From a bacterium (GTDB lineage Bacteria > SZUA-182 > DTGQ01), in contig JBFMGO010000028.1 in the NCBI GenBank assembly GCA_040752695.1, positions 1 to 56,288 on the forward strand: a stretch of DNA of 56,288 bases, read 5' to 3'. The notes under the pieces were generated by a model. It was not told where the DNA came from and ran no database searches. It worked only from the letters and a program-made list of their open reading frames with translations. Each line of letters begins with the position of its first letter. Position 1 is the first letter of the stretch. Position numbers and translations under genes: made by a program. Shown here in pieces: positions 8,893 to 18,720 of this stretch.

Positions 8893-10068
8893 TTATGGAT
8901 TAATTCTCTGGTAGAAAACCTGTTTGCCTTCTTCGACCTTGATAATTACCGCGCTCTTGATCGGGTTTCGCTGAGCGTCAAAGGATATCTGTCCTGATAT
9001 TGCCGGAAAGTCCTTGATATTTTTCAGGGCATCACGGATATTTTCTCCCTTCAGGCTCTTGGAGGTACGAAGCCCCTCGAACAAGACGAGACAGGCATCA
9101 TAGGCCAGAGCGGCCAGAGCATCAGGAGGCTGGTGGTATTTATCGGTATAGGCATTGACAAACTTCTGGACCTGCGGAGTCGGATCATCTTTGGAAAAGT
9201 GAGTGCTGAAGAAATTTCCGTTTACCGCTTCTTTGCCCAGCACCATAAGCTGCGGTGAATCCCATCCGTCGGTCCCGATCAATGGAACCGTGACGCCCAT
9301 GGCCCGTGCCTGTTTGGCGATCATGGCTACGGAGCTGTAGTAGTTGGGGAGGAAAAGGATGTCGGGGTCGGCAGCCTTGATCTTGGTCAGTTGCGCACTG
9401 AAATCCTGGGTCTTGTCCTCATCGGTAAAAGCCTCATAGGCCGCGATCTGCCCTCCGAGTTCCTCGAACCGGGCTTTGAAAAATTCGGCCAGCCCCTTGT
9501 TGTAATCATTGCCATTATCGAACAGGACAGCGGCCTTTCTTTTGCCCAGGCTGGTAAAGGCAAAATTGGCCATGATCGTTCCCTGAAAAGGATCGATGAA
9601 GCAGGCACGGAAAATATAATCCCCGACCAGGGTAACCTGCGGATTGGTGGATGCGCTGCTGATCATGGGAATGTGGGCCTCCTGGGCGATCGGGGCACCG
9701 GCTAAAGAGCATTTACTCATGACCGTTCCGACAATGGCCGTAACTTTATCCTGATCGATGAGCTTGCGATAGGCATTGGCCGCGGATTCTGGCCTGCCTT
9801 CATCATCTTCAAAGATCAGGTCCACCGTGTACTTTTGTCCTGCAACCTCAATCCCTCCCTGCTGGTTGATTTCCTCCACAGCCATGAGGAAGGCGTTACG
9901 GGTGGATACTCCATAGGTGGCCGCACCTCCGGTCACCGGCCCCACACCGCCGATTTTAATCACGTTTTCCTGCCGGGTACAACCGGACTGGCTGAATACG
10001 ATACACCCACAGATCAGCACCAAGATCAAGGCATATCTTTGAAGAGAGTTAAAGATTTTTTCCCCCAT
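8893..10068 (-). CDS. livK: Branched-chain amino acid ABC substrate-binding protein (LivK/LivJ family), likely lipoprotein
   Basis: IKIGGVGPVTG, PMISSAST, YIFRACFIDPFQG, DGWDS; ORF open to 10128. Confidence 0.92.
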   Translation of the reverse strand: MGEKIFNSLQRYALILVLICGCIVFSQSGCTRQENVIKIGGVGPVTGGAATYGVSTRNAFLMAVEEINQQGGIEVAGQKYTVDLIFEDDEGRPESAANAYRKLIDQDKVTAIVGTVMSKCSLAGAPIAQEAHIPMISSASTNPQVTLVGDYIFRACFIDPFQGTIMANFAFTSLGKRKAAVLFDNGNDYNKGLAEFFKARFEELGGQIAAYEAFTDEDKTQDFSAQLTKIKAADPDILFLPNYYSSVAMIAKQARAMGVTVPLIGTDGWDSPQLMVLGKEAVNGNFFSTHFSKDDPTPQVQKFVNAYTDKYHQPPDALAALAYDACLVLFEGLRTSKSLKGENIRDALKNIKDFPAISGQISFDAQRNPIKSAVIIKVEEGKQVFYQRINP

Positions 10069-10146
10069 AGTCTCGCTCTTTGCTCCTTTCATCAGTTTAT
10101 GAAGTAAGGCCTGAAGATCAGGCATCATTTTTATCCTCTGGCATCC

Positions 10147-10327
10147 TCATTTATCCTCTAGCATCCTCAGAATATGCTTTGCCAGGTATTCCTTTATTTC
10201 ATCATGCCGTGGTATCGGTTGTGATACTTTTGTTTTCGGATTTTAATACCAGTCGTGCCTTCCTCCATGACGGATAAAAACACACCCCATTTTTTTTTAT
10301 TTCATTCACTAAATCTTTTCTTTTCAC
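10147..10327 (-). pseudogene. hicA: hicA mRNA-interferase toxin pseudogene (frameshift plus nonsense codon)
   Basis: GTG overlaps the hicB stop; reconstructed MKRKDLVNEIKK/MGCVFIRHGGRHDWY*NPKTKVSQPIPRHDEIKEYLAKHILRML. Confidence 0.85.
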
Positions 10328-10521
10328 GAAACTTCCAATTCTGCCATTTTCCGAACACAGGGTATGTTTCCACTATTCAACTCCTTGTATATATCCATTA
10401 AATTTTCTTTTAATTCTTCTATTGTTTTTCCCTGCGTCATGTAATCAGGGTATTCTTCAAGATACCCGATCCATGAGTCACCATCCTGCCAATAGATAAA
10501 TCTTGTCTTTCCCATGGTCAT
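10324..10521 (-). CDS. hicB: HicB-family antitoxin (short form)
   Basis: YWQDGDSWIGYLEEYPDYMTQGKTIEELKENL. Confidence 0.88.
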   Translation of the reverse strand: MTMGKTRFIYWQDGDSWIGYLEEYPDYMTQGKTIEELKENLMDIYKELNSGNIPCVRKMAELEVS

Positions 10522-10804
10522 TCCCTTTGCCTGACGTCCCGTATAAGGGTAAATTCTAAAACGTGCACTTTTCCCGGACGTTATGCTCTAAAACGTTTCC
10601 TAAAACCAGGCAATCAAGCGATCGGCCAGCCAGGAAATCATCTATTCATTAAAGATTACGAAAAAGATTGCCAAAGTATAGGAGGTATTATATGAAATTT
10701 TTCCTTTTTTTCAAGTGCTAATGTGTACTATTGTTCCCTTTGTCAAAATATGCTATGTTCTCCTTCATTGCAGGAGTAAAAACTTTTGTCGGGGAAGGGT
10801 ATCC

Positions 10805-13111
10805 ATGGGAATTTTTACAAAAAAAAGTAAGGAAGAAATCCAGACCCTGGAAAAGGCTCTGGCCTACAAGGACCGATTGCTCACCATTACCAACCAGATC
10901 CATTCGGCTCATAACCTGGATGAGATTTTTTTACGCCTTCAGAAACCGATTCTCGAGTTATTCGATGCCGACCGCATCACTATTTACGCTATCGATGAGG
11001 ACAGGGGTGAGCTTTTCTCCAAGTACAAGGTTGGAGAGGAAACAGGAGAAATCCGCATACCTGTCAGCCCGTCAAGTATAGCCGGTTATGTAGCCTATGC
11101 CAAGGACATGATCAACATCAAGGATGCCTATAACCAGGAAGAGCTGGAGAGGATCAATCCTGACCTTCACTTCAACCAATCCTACGATCAAAAGAGCGGA
11201 TTCAGGACAAGCCAGGTATTGGCCGCTCCTGTCCTGTTTCAGGGAAACCTGGAGGGGGCTATCCAACTGATCAATAAAAAGGATGGCCAGGGCTTTGACC
11301 TTAAGGATGTTGATTCTGTCCGGGAAATTGCCAAGATCATCGGTATAGCTTTCCATAATCATGCCTCTCGCCGGAAGAAGATGCCCAGCAGGTTTCAGAT
11401 GCTGGTCCAGAAAAACATCCTGACCGAGAAAGAAATGCAGGAGGTCATTCGAAAGTCCAGGGAAAGCAAGCAGGCCATTGAGCAGATCCTGATGCAGGAG
11501 TATAAGGTGGCTAAAAGAAACATTCTGGATTCTTTGGCCAATTTTTACCATTGTCCATTTATTGAATACGATCCTGAATGCCAGCTTGAGGAGGGGATTC
11601 TGGATGGTCTCAGCCCGAATTACCTGAGCAAGCACTTCTGGATGCCCCTGCGCAAAGAGGGGGACACGATCGAGGTCTTGGTGGATGATCCCCAGGACAT
11701 TCAAAAGATCGATGAAATCAGGCTCTCCTTGAACCAGCAGAAAGTGAGGCTCATCGGTGCCTTGCGCGAGGATATTCTGAAATTCATTCATGCAGTGAAC
11801 AACCCGGTAGACAAGAATGTCCTCAAGGTGGACGAGTTGTTGTCCGAGCTGGATATCGAGCAGGTGAGCGAAGAAGATGCGGATGATGAGATCGATAATG
11901 CGCTCAATGAATCTGACAATACGATTATCAAACTGGCCAATCAGATTATCCGCGATGCCTATCAAAGAGGTGCTTCGGATATCCATATCGAGCCCTACCC
12001 CGGCAAGCAGCCTACTATCGTGCGCTATCGCATCGATGGAGATTGCCGGAAATACCTCGAAATTCCAGCCGCTTATCGCCGGGCCATTGTTTCCCGCTTT
12101 AAGATCATGTCTCAGTTGAACATTGCCGAGCGCAGGCTTCCGCAGAGCGGAAAAATAAAATTTCGCTATAACCGCAGGGAGATCGAGCTGCGGATGGAAG
12201 TAACCCCGACGGTAGGTGACCAGGAAGATGTTGTACTGCGCATCTTGGCCTCCAGCGAGCCGATTCCATTGGTAAATCTAAACTTGAATCCCTACAATTT
12301 GAAGCATCTGAAGCACATTGTCAGCCAGCCGTACGGATTGATCCTGGTAGTCGGCCCTACCGGATCGGGAAAAACCACCACCTTGCATTCCGCTCTGGCC
12401 CATATCAACACGCCCGAAAAGAAGATCTGGACAGCCGAAGATCCGGTGGAAATTACCCAGTACGGCCTGCGGCAGGTGCAGGTAAAGGCTCAGATCGGCC
12501 TTACCTTCGCTGGTGCCATGCGCTCCTTCCTGCGGGCTGATCCCGATGTAATCATGGTGGGAGAGATGCGGGACAAAGAGACAGCAGCCACCGGCATCGA
12601 AGCCTCTTTGACCGGCCACCTGGTCTTCAGCACGCTCCACACCAACAGCGCTCCTGAAACCGTCGTACGTCTCCTCGACATCGGCATGGACCCTTATAAC
12701 TTCGCCAATGCCCTTTTGGGAATCCTCGCCCAGCGCCTGGTGAAAACATTGTGCAAGTCCTGCAAGACAGCCTATCATCCTACTTTGGAAGAGTTTCAGG
12801 AACTGCGGTATGAATACGGAGAAGAGGCTTTCAACCGGATGGGCTATGAATACACCGATGACCTGATGCTCCATCGGCCGCAAGGGTGCGAGGGGTGCGC
12901 TCAAACAGGATACAAGGGCCGGACCGGAATCCATGAATTATTGGTGGGTACTGAGGAAGTCCGGCACCTGATCATTAAAAGATCGACCGTGGAAGCGATC
13001 CGGGACGCAGGTTTGAACCAGGGTATGACGACCCTGAAGCAGGATGGCATCAATAAGGTTTTCCAGGGGGTCACGGATTTAATCCAGGTACGCAAGGTGT
13101 GTATAAAGTAA
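10805..13111 (+). CDS. GspE/PilB-family secretion/pilus ATPase with N-terminal GAF domain
   Basis: GAF (SIAGYVA, DQKSGFRT, QLINKK), ASDIHIEP, GPTGSGKTTTL, TAEDPVE, DPDVIMVGEMRD, STLHTN, two CxxC motifs. Confidence 0.92.
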   Translation: MGIFTKKSKEEIQTLEKALAYKDRLLTITNQIHSAHNLDEIFLRLQKPILELFDADRITIYAIDEDRGELFSKYKVGEETGEIRIPVSPSSIAGYVAYAKDMINIKDAYNQEELERINPDLHFNQSYDQKSGFRTSQVLAAPVLFQGNLEGAIQLINKKDGQGFDLKDVDSVREIAKIIGIAFHNHASRRKKMPSRFQMLVQKNILTEKEMQEVIRKSRESKQAIEQILMQEYKVAKRNILDSLANFYHCPFIEYDPECQLEEGILDGLSPNYLSKHFWMPLRKEGDTIEVLVDDPQDIQKIDEIRLSLNQQKVRLIGALREDILKFIHAVNNPVDKNVLKVDELLSELDIEQVSEEDADDEIDNALNESDNTIIKLANQIIRDAYQRGASDIHIEPYPGKQPTIVRYRIDGDCRKYLEIPAAYRRAIVSRFKIMSQLNIAERRLPQSGKIKFRYNRREIELRMEVTPTVGDQEDVVLRILASSEPIPLVNLNLNPYNLKHLKHIVSQPYGLILVVGPTGSGKTTTLHSALAHINTPEKKIWTAEDPVEITQYGLRQVQVKAQIGLTFAGAMRSFLRADPDVIMVGEMRDKETAATGIEASLTGHLVFSTLHTNSAPETVVRLLDIGMDPYNFANALLGILAQRLVKTLCKSCKTAYHPTLEEFQELRYEYGEEAFNRMGYEYTDDLMLHRPQGCEGCAQTGYKGRTGIHELLVGTEEVRHLIIKRSTVEAIRDAGLNQGMTTLKQDGINKVFQGVTDLIQVRKVCIK

Positions 13112-13177
13112 AGATGAGAAGCCGGCTTTTCATCGCTTAGCCATCATTTATTAGCCATCATTTTACCAATATTTATA

Positions 13178-13261
13178 TCATTTTACCAAATCTTCTAAAG
13201 TCCTTTGTATAAGGGGTCTTATTTTGGGTATGTCTTCCTTTACCACAAGCCAGACGCTCAT
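13178..13261 (-). pseudogene. Possible C-terminal remnant of a DUF86/HepT toxin
   Basis: VWLVVKEDIPKIRPLIQRTLEDL resembles the DUF86 C-terminal helix. Confidence 0.4.
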
Positions 13262-13377
13262 GAAATTCCCACTGCCACAGGGGCTTTTCTTGGCTTGCTG
13301 AAAACTGGATGGCGCTTCCACTTCTCCTCTTACGGTACTTTTCCTCTTGCGATTACATACGATAGCCCCGTATTCAA

Positions 13378-13406
13378 TTGACAACCCCCCGAAAGCCTCG
13401 TATAAT
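13378..13406 (+). promoter_or_regulatory. Consensus sigma70 promoter for panC
   Basis: TTGACA-17 nt-TATAAT, exact match. Confidence 0.85.
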
Positions 13407-13484
13407 CAAAACCTGTGGTATACCTGATAGAAGTAGTACAGCCAAGTGTAAGGCAATCTTGATCATTTCTCCGATAGGGAAAAG

Positions 13485-14345
13485 ATGGAAATTGTAAAAA
13501 GCATTCAAAAGATGCAAAAAACAGCTACTGACTTAAAGGCGGCGGGAAAGAGCATCGGATTTGTCCCCACCATGGGCTTTTTCCATGCAGGGCACCTTTC
13601 GCTCATGGAGGCTGCGCGCAAGGATGGCCGCCAGGATGGCCATGGGGTTGTTGTGGTCAGTATTTTTGTAAATCCCATGCAGTTTGGCCCTCGCGAGGAT
13701 TTTGCGTCTTATCCGAGGGACCTGGAAAATGACAGCCGGCTGGCCAAAGAGGCTGGTGTGGACATCCTGTTTGTTCCTGAGGCTGATGAAATGTACCCAA
13801 AAGGCCGCTATCAGACCTCTGTTGTAGTCAGGGGGCTGACCGAAACCCTGTGCGGCCGGTTTCGTCCCGGCCATTTTGAGGGCGTGACCACGGTTGTTGC
13901 CAAACTCTTTTCGCTTGTCAAGCCGGATACTGCCTACTTCGGCAAAAAAGACTTTCAGCAGTTGGCAGTTATCAGGAAAATGGTGCAGGACCTTAATTGG
14001 GAAATCCGGATCGAGGGGATGCCCATTGTCCGGGAGAAAGACGGGCTGGCCATGAGCTCCAGAAACACCTACCTGAGTGAGGAGGAAAGAAAGGCGGCTC
14101 TTTGCCTTTACCGTTCGATTTGCCTGGCCCGGCAGATGAGGCAGGAGGGAGGAGTTGTCCAGACTGCAACAATCATCGCCGAGATTCAGGCTGTCATGGA
14201 TCGAGAGCCTCTGGTCAGGCCGGAGTATATACAGGTCTGTAACCCCGAAACCCTGCAAGATCTGGAGTACATCGATGGGCAGGCCCTCCTGGCCATGGCT
14301 GCCTATGTCGGAAGAACCAGGCTTATCGATAATTGCCTCCTGTGA
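13485..14345 (+). CDS. panC: Pantoate--beta-alanine ligase
   Basis: GFVPTMG..HAGH, SIFVNPMQF, RPGHFEGV, FGKKDFQQ, GLAMSSRN, RLIDN. Confidence 0.97.
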   Translation: MEIVKSIQKMQKTATDLKAAGKSIGFVPTMGFFHAGHLSLMEAARKDGRQDGHGVVVVSIFVNPMQFGPREDFASYPRDLENDSRLAKEAGVDILFVPEADEMYPKGRYQTSVVVRGLTETLCGRFRPGHFEGVTTVVAKLFSLVKPDTAYFGKKDFQQLAVIRKMVQDLNWEIRIEGMPIVREKDGLAMSSRNTYLSEEERKAALCLYRSICLARQMRQEGGVVQTATIIAEIQAVMDREPLVRPEYIQVCNPETLQDLEYIDGQALLAMAAYVGRTRLIDNCLL

Positions 14346-14468
14346 GGATAAAGCCGGGCCACTGAATGAGGCCATGCCCCTAAAATAAGGCCATGCCCCC
14401 TATGAGGCCATGCCAGTGAAATGAGCCCAGGCCATAGGTACAGGCCGTGAGGATCACGCGACCAGTTA

Positions 14469-14509
14469 CCCCCTCACCCTGTCCTCTCCCCCTTAAAGGG
14501 GGCGAGGGA
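14469..14509. repeat. REP-like palindromic element
   Basis: CCCTCACCCTGTCCTCTCCCCCTTAAAGGGGGCGAGGGA; the CCCCTTAAAGGGG core recurs at 25433. Confidence 0.55.
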
Positions 14510-14708
14510 TAAATACTGCCCTCATCACCACGGGAAAGAATTCATTACCAAGGGATTAAGGATGATGGGCCTTTTAGAACAATTGGCTGCGTATTTACCG
14601 CCTAAAGCCATTCAGGTTCAAGAGAGGTTTTAAAGATATATAAGCAATGTCTTAAGATATATAAGCAACGTCTTAAGGAGATGAGACGTCTTAAGGAGAT
14701 GAAAGGTA

Positions 14709-15074
14709 ATGCAAAGGATTATTCTTAAGTCAAAAATCCACCGGGCTACGGTTACGGACACCTGTCTCCATTACGAGGGGAGTATCGGGATCAGTGCGGA
14801 TCTCCTCGAAGAGGCCAATATTTTAGAGGGAGAACAGGTCCATGTGTATAACCTCAATAACGGGGCCCGGTTTGAAACCTATGCTATTCGAGAGGCTGCC
14901 GGCTCCGGAAAAATCATCCTGAATGGAGCTGCCTCCAGACTTGCGGCACCGGGGGATCTGGTTATCATCGCCACCTATGCCATCGTGACTGATGAGGAGT
15001 GCCGGAACTTCCAGCCCATTAAGCTGAAAGTGGATTGCCATAACCGGATCGTCCGGGAAAAAGAAGAAAAGTAG
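14709..15074 (+). CDS. panD: Aspartate 1-decarboxylase
   Basis: LKSKIHRATVT, YEG|SI self-cleavage site, NGARFETY, LNGAA. Confidence 0.97.
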   Translation: MQRIILKSKIHRATVTDTCLHYEGSIGISADLLEEANILEGEQVHVYNLNNGARFETYAIREAAGSGKIILNGAASRLAAPGDLVIIATYAIVTDEECRNFQPIKLKVDCHNRIVREKEEK

Positions 15075-15087
15075 AGGCAATCGATCC

Positions 15088-15945
15088 ATGAGTGGAATCA
15101 AAGACAATATGAACGGAATCAAAGACAACGTGAGTGGAACCACGGACAACATGAACGGAATCAAAGATCATGTTTTCATTCATATCCCCTTTAACTCCTT
15201 TTCTGAATACAGGTCCAGGATTGCCGGGTACAGGATCAATCCGGAGATTCTGGTCACGGCCGAGGATCTTGACGGTGCGCCCAACGAGGATATTGAGAAA
15301 ATCGGCCGTTTCCTCGAAGAGCACAAGCTCTCCTGCACCATTCACGGGCCGTTTCTCGACCTTAATCCCGGGTCATCGGACAGTAAAATCCGGCGTATCT
15401 CGCAGGACAGATACCGGCAGTTGCTGTCCCTGGTTGCCCCCCTGGCTCCAAAAGTCGTTGTTTTTCATGCTGCTTTTGATCATCTTTTCTACGAAGAAAG
15501 AACCGGTGCCTGGCTGTACAGGAGCATCGAAACCTGGCTGTCCGTGGCTGAAGCAGCGGAGAATGCAAGAACCAGCATCGCTCTTGAAAACGTACTTGAA
15601 AGGACGCCTCAGATAATTCAGGAACTGCTCCTGAAAATTAATTCTCCTTCTATCGGGATGTGCTTTGATATTGGCCACGCTCATATCTTTTCGCAGGTCC
15701 CTTCATCGGATTGGATCACGGTCCTTGGCCCGAGGATTTTTGAATTGCATCTCCACGATAATCATGGCCAAAAGGATGAACATCTGGCCCTTGGGGAAGG
15801 TACCATCGGCGTTGAGGGCTTATTGAAAATGGTTCAGGAAAAAGAGCTGTCTCCGGCACTGACCATTGAAGCGCTGAATGAAGAGCATGCCCTGCTCAGT
15901 GTTCAAAGATTATGTACTTTCCTGTCAAAAAAAGAGAGGGAATAA
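15088..15945 (+). CDS. Sugar phosphate isomerase/epimerase (xylose-isomerase-like TIM barrel) with N-terminal 7-aa x4 repeat
   Basis: HGPF.DLNPGS, ALEN, CFDIGH, LHLHDN.G..DEH..LG.G, LTIE. Confidence 0.88.
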   Translation: MSGIKDNMNGIKDNVSGTTDNMNGIKDHVFIHIPFNSFSEYRSRIAGYRINPEILVTAEDLDGAPNEDIEKIGRFLEEHKLSCTIHGPFLDLNPGSSDSKIRRISQDRYRQLLSLVAPLAPKVVVFHAAFDHLFYEERTGAWLYRSIETWLSVAEAAENARTSIALENVLERTPQIIQELLLKINSPSIGMCFDIGHAHIFSQVPSSDWITVLGPRIFELHLHDNHGQKDEHLALGEGTIGVEGLLKMVQEKELSPALTIEALNEEHALLSVQRLCTFLSKKERE

Positions 15946-16063
15946 CGAGTGCTCGTTACTCCCTCTCTTTTTTTGGCCTTTCTCTTTCCTGGCCTTTTTG
16001 GTCGGGGCATTTTCCCAGGATGCCCCGACACCGGCAATGATAATTGCTTTTTCAAAAGCCGCA

Positions 16064-16279
16064 TTAAAAGCTTTGATTTTTCACCACATTCAATGCCTGC
16101 GGCCCTTTGGGCCCGTCAATCAGTTCAAATGATACGGTTTGTCCCTCTTTCAAGGTCTTGTATCCTTCCGACTGAATAGCGCTGTAGTGAACAAATACAT
16201 CTCTTCCACCTTCATGTTCGATAAAGCCATAGCCCTTTGCATCATTAAACCATTTTACCGTTCCTTCACAACATCCCAT
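16064..16279 (-). CDS. cspA: Cold-shock domain protein
   Basis: [31 protein letters not shown]. Confidence 0.95.
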   Translation of the reverse strand: MGCCEGTVKWFNDAKGYGFIEHEGGRDVFVHYSAIQSEGYKTLKEGQTVSFELIDGPKGPQALNVVKNQSF

Positions 16280-16574
16280 AACTACGTTTAACCTCCTTTT
16301 TTAAAGACCAGTTATCCCTCTGGAACACCGATAACAAAGATTACAGGTTCCCTTATGGTATTTCTCCCTGCCTTTTTGCAGGATCAAAAGACGAGATTTT
16401 ATTTCTCTGTCACCATACTCTTTGTTAATCCGATATTAATATCTTGGGGGATTTACATTTATGGTTTATGGTTTCAGGAAGAAGTTATCCATTGCCTATA
16501 ACTTCACCTTTCCCTACTATTTTCGGGTGCCTCTTTAAAAAGTTGAATAATTGACCAAGCATAAAACACTTGTT

Positions 16575-17183
16575 TCAAGATTTTGCCTTATTCCGCAAAA
16601 TGTCGCGCTGCCTGGTAAAAACATGGTTAATAATAGCCTCCTGATCATCTCCGTGAATATCTGAAAATAAAATCCCTACCTCAAATCTTTTCACCTCCCC
16701 TATTTGTTTGGCTGTTACCCTGACCACCCTGCCCAAGGTGGTAATCAAAATCTGAGGATTTTGAGGCAAGAGCATCCTGATTTTTACCTGTGTTTCTGCC
16801 GATAGGGATTCAGAGGTGTAAAAACCGATTCCTTCCGCACTCAGAGAGACATCTTCAGGATGTTTTTGATAAATGCTCACATCCTCCTTATCTTCCAGGT
16901 GAGATAAGATCAAATCAACTTTCTCATTCATACCGATAATGAGTTTCACGAGTCCCCGGATGAGTTCGGATACCGGACGACTCAATTCTCCGGCCCCAAA
17001 ATACTCCATATCAAGCTCATTGGGCAAAAAATGAGCATACTTGTTTTTCAGGGTTCGTACACCGCTTACCTGATTCCAAAAGCGAATTTTTTCCGCTTCA
17101 TACTCCTTCGGTGAAAGAACCTGATACTCGAAGGCAAGTGTATCCTTAATCCGATAGTATTTTCGCTTTTCCTGATATGACAA
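16575..17183 (-). CDS. PilZ-domain protein
   Basis: EKRKYYRI (RxxxR), SLSAEG, GRVVRV, VGILF. Confidence 0.8.
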   Translation of the reverse strand: MSYQEKRKYYRIKDTLAFEYQVLSPKEYEAEKIRFWNQVSGVRTLKNKYAHFLPNELDMEYFGAGELSRPVSELIRGLVKLIIGMNEKVDLILSHLEDKEDVSIYQKHPEDVSLSAEGIGFYTSESLSAETQVKIRMLLPQNPQILITTLGRVVRVTAKQIGEVKRFEVGILFSDIHGDDQEAIINHVFTRQRDILRNKAKS

Positions 17184-17214
17184 AAAACTTTCCTCTATAA
17201 TAGAATCGGCATTT

Positions 17215-18231
17215 TTAACAAGAAGGCTCGATACGAAAAAGAGCTTTTTTTAAACTGCCCACTACCCACCGGTCATATTTTTCATTTGATAGTTTTTCCA
17301 GCTCATCGAGGGCCTCAGGACAGGATTTGGCTCGGCGGTAAGGGCGTTGAGAAGTCATGGCGTCAAAAGAGTCTGCCACACTGATGATTCTGGTGCACAG
17401 GCAGATCGCCTCCTCACCCAGACCATCGGGATAGCCGCTTCCATCCAGTCTCTCGTGGTGATGGCGGATAATCGATCTTTCCGGGGTTAAAAAGTCGAGA
17501 GACCGCATGATGTTTTCCGCAACCAGAGGATGGGTCTTGACCACGCAAAACTCGTCACTGGTCAGGCTATCCTTTTTGTTCAGAATAGAGTCAGGAATAC
17601 TGACTTTCCCGATATCGTGCAAAAGGCCGCTCATCCTAAGGATATCTTTATCTTTTTGATCGAGGGATAGCTCCTCTGCAATGGCCAGGGCCAGCCGGGC
17701 AACCCTCTGCGAATGGGAACAGGTATACTTGTCCCTGCATTCGAGCATATTGACCATGGACAATAAAGAATCGATCAGGTCCCGATGCACCCGCTTGTAC
17801 AAAAGATCGTTTTCGATTTTCAACGTAGCCTGCCGGCTCAAAAGAAGCAGTGAGAAAAGGTCTCTGGAATCGAACTTTTGATTACCCGTTTTATTTTCGA
17901 CCCGCAGATAACCAAACGGATCCTTCAGTCCTCGCAGCATTAACGGAATGATGATATGCGAATCCGATCTGCAAAAATTACGGATTGAGAATGATTCATT
18001 TTTGGTTTTTGATTCTGAAGGAGGAATATCGATATTTTCAGTGAAAACCACCAGTGATGAATTTCGGGCCGAAACGATTCTGGCTCCGATATCCACAATC
18101 AGTTGCAGAAAATGCTCCATATTGGCCAGAGTATCCAGTTTCGTATTGACGATGGATAGTAAAAGAGGAAAAATCTCCGTTTCCGAGACAGCGCTGCTTT
18201 GATCAGGATTTGCAGATTCCTTATTTATCAT
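17215..18231 (-). CDS. HD-GYP cyclic di-nucleotide phosphodiesterase with GAF-like N-terminus
   Basis: HSQRV, LHDIGK, HHERLDGSGYPDG, VADSFDAMTS.RPYR. Confidence 0.92.
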   Translation of the reverse strand: MINKESANPDQSSAVSETEIFPLLLSIVNTKLDTLANMEHFLQLIVDIGARIVSARNSSLVVFTENIDIPPSESKTKNESFSIRNFCRSDSHIIIPLMLRGLKDPFGYLRVENKTGNQKFDSRDLFSLLLLSRQATLKIENDLLYKRVHRDLIDSLLSMVNMLECRDKYTCSHSQRVARLALAIAEELSLDQKDKDILRMSGLLHDIGKVSIPDSILNKKDSLTSDEFCVVKTHPLVAENIMRSLDFLTPERSIIRHHHERLDGSGYPDGLGEEAICLCTRIISVADSFDAMTSQRPYRRAKSCPEALDELEKLSNEKYDRWVVGSLKKALFRIEPSC

Positions 18232-18448
18232 AGGGATTACCTCTGTTTGCGGGGTGTTTTCTTATTCTCGAATAGCCTGTCCATAAGGTCGCTTCGCAAA
18301 AGATCTCGTAGAGACAACAAATCATAAAAGTAAAATAGCTACATCAATTTTTTCGGTTTTAACCACTCCATCCTTCGCCATGGTTTACGCAAGGACCAAA
18401 AAAACAGCCAAAGGATGCAGTGAAAAGCAGGGCTCTGCAAACACATCC

Positions 18449-18475
18449 CGAAGTGTTTTTTATTCAGGCCGATAA
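18449..18475 (+). promoter_or_regulatory. sigma28 (FliA)-type promoter of flagellin
   Basis: CGAAGTGT-N11-GCCGATAA (perfect -10, partial -35). Confidence 0.6.
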
Positions 18476-18720
18476 AAAAGATAGAATGCTATTATGAATA
18501 AGTTATGGAAAAAATTACTAAAAAAGGTTTGATTGGAGACCTCTGTTTTTCAGCAACACTGTTAGATCCATACAAAAGAGGTGATACATATAAGTGGAAA
18601 AAATTTACAGATACTCAGGTTAAACCATGCTGAAGTAAGTTACTTTTTCCAGAAAACAGAAATACCCATTATGTAACTGTCTCAAATTCCTGGTGAAAAA
18701 TCACGGTGGGAGGTAAGCAG

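Noticed and set aside
11072..12934. Long antisense ORFs (also 13533, 21590, 41725, 53860 and others)
   Set aside because: Shadows of well-supported genes on the opposite strand; no motifs
18380..18450. c-di-GMP-I riboswitch between HD-GYP and flagellin
   Set aside because: No GAAA-capped stem and receptor arrangement could be built
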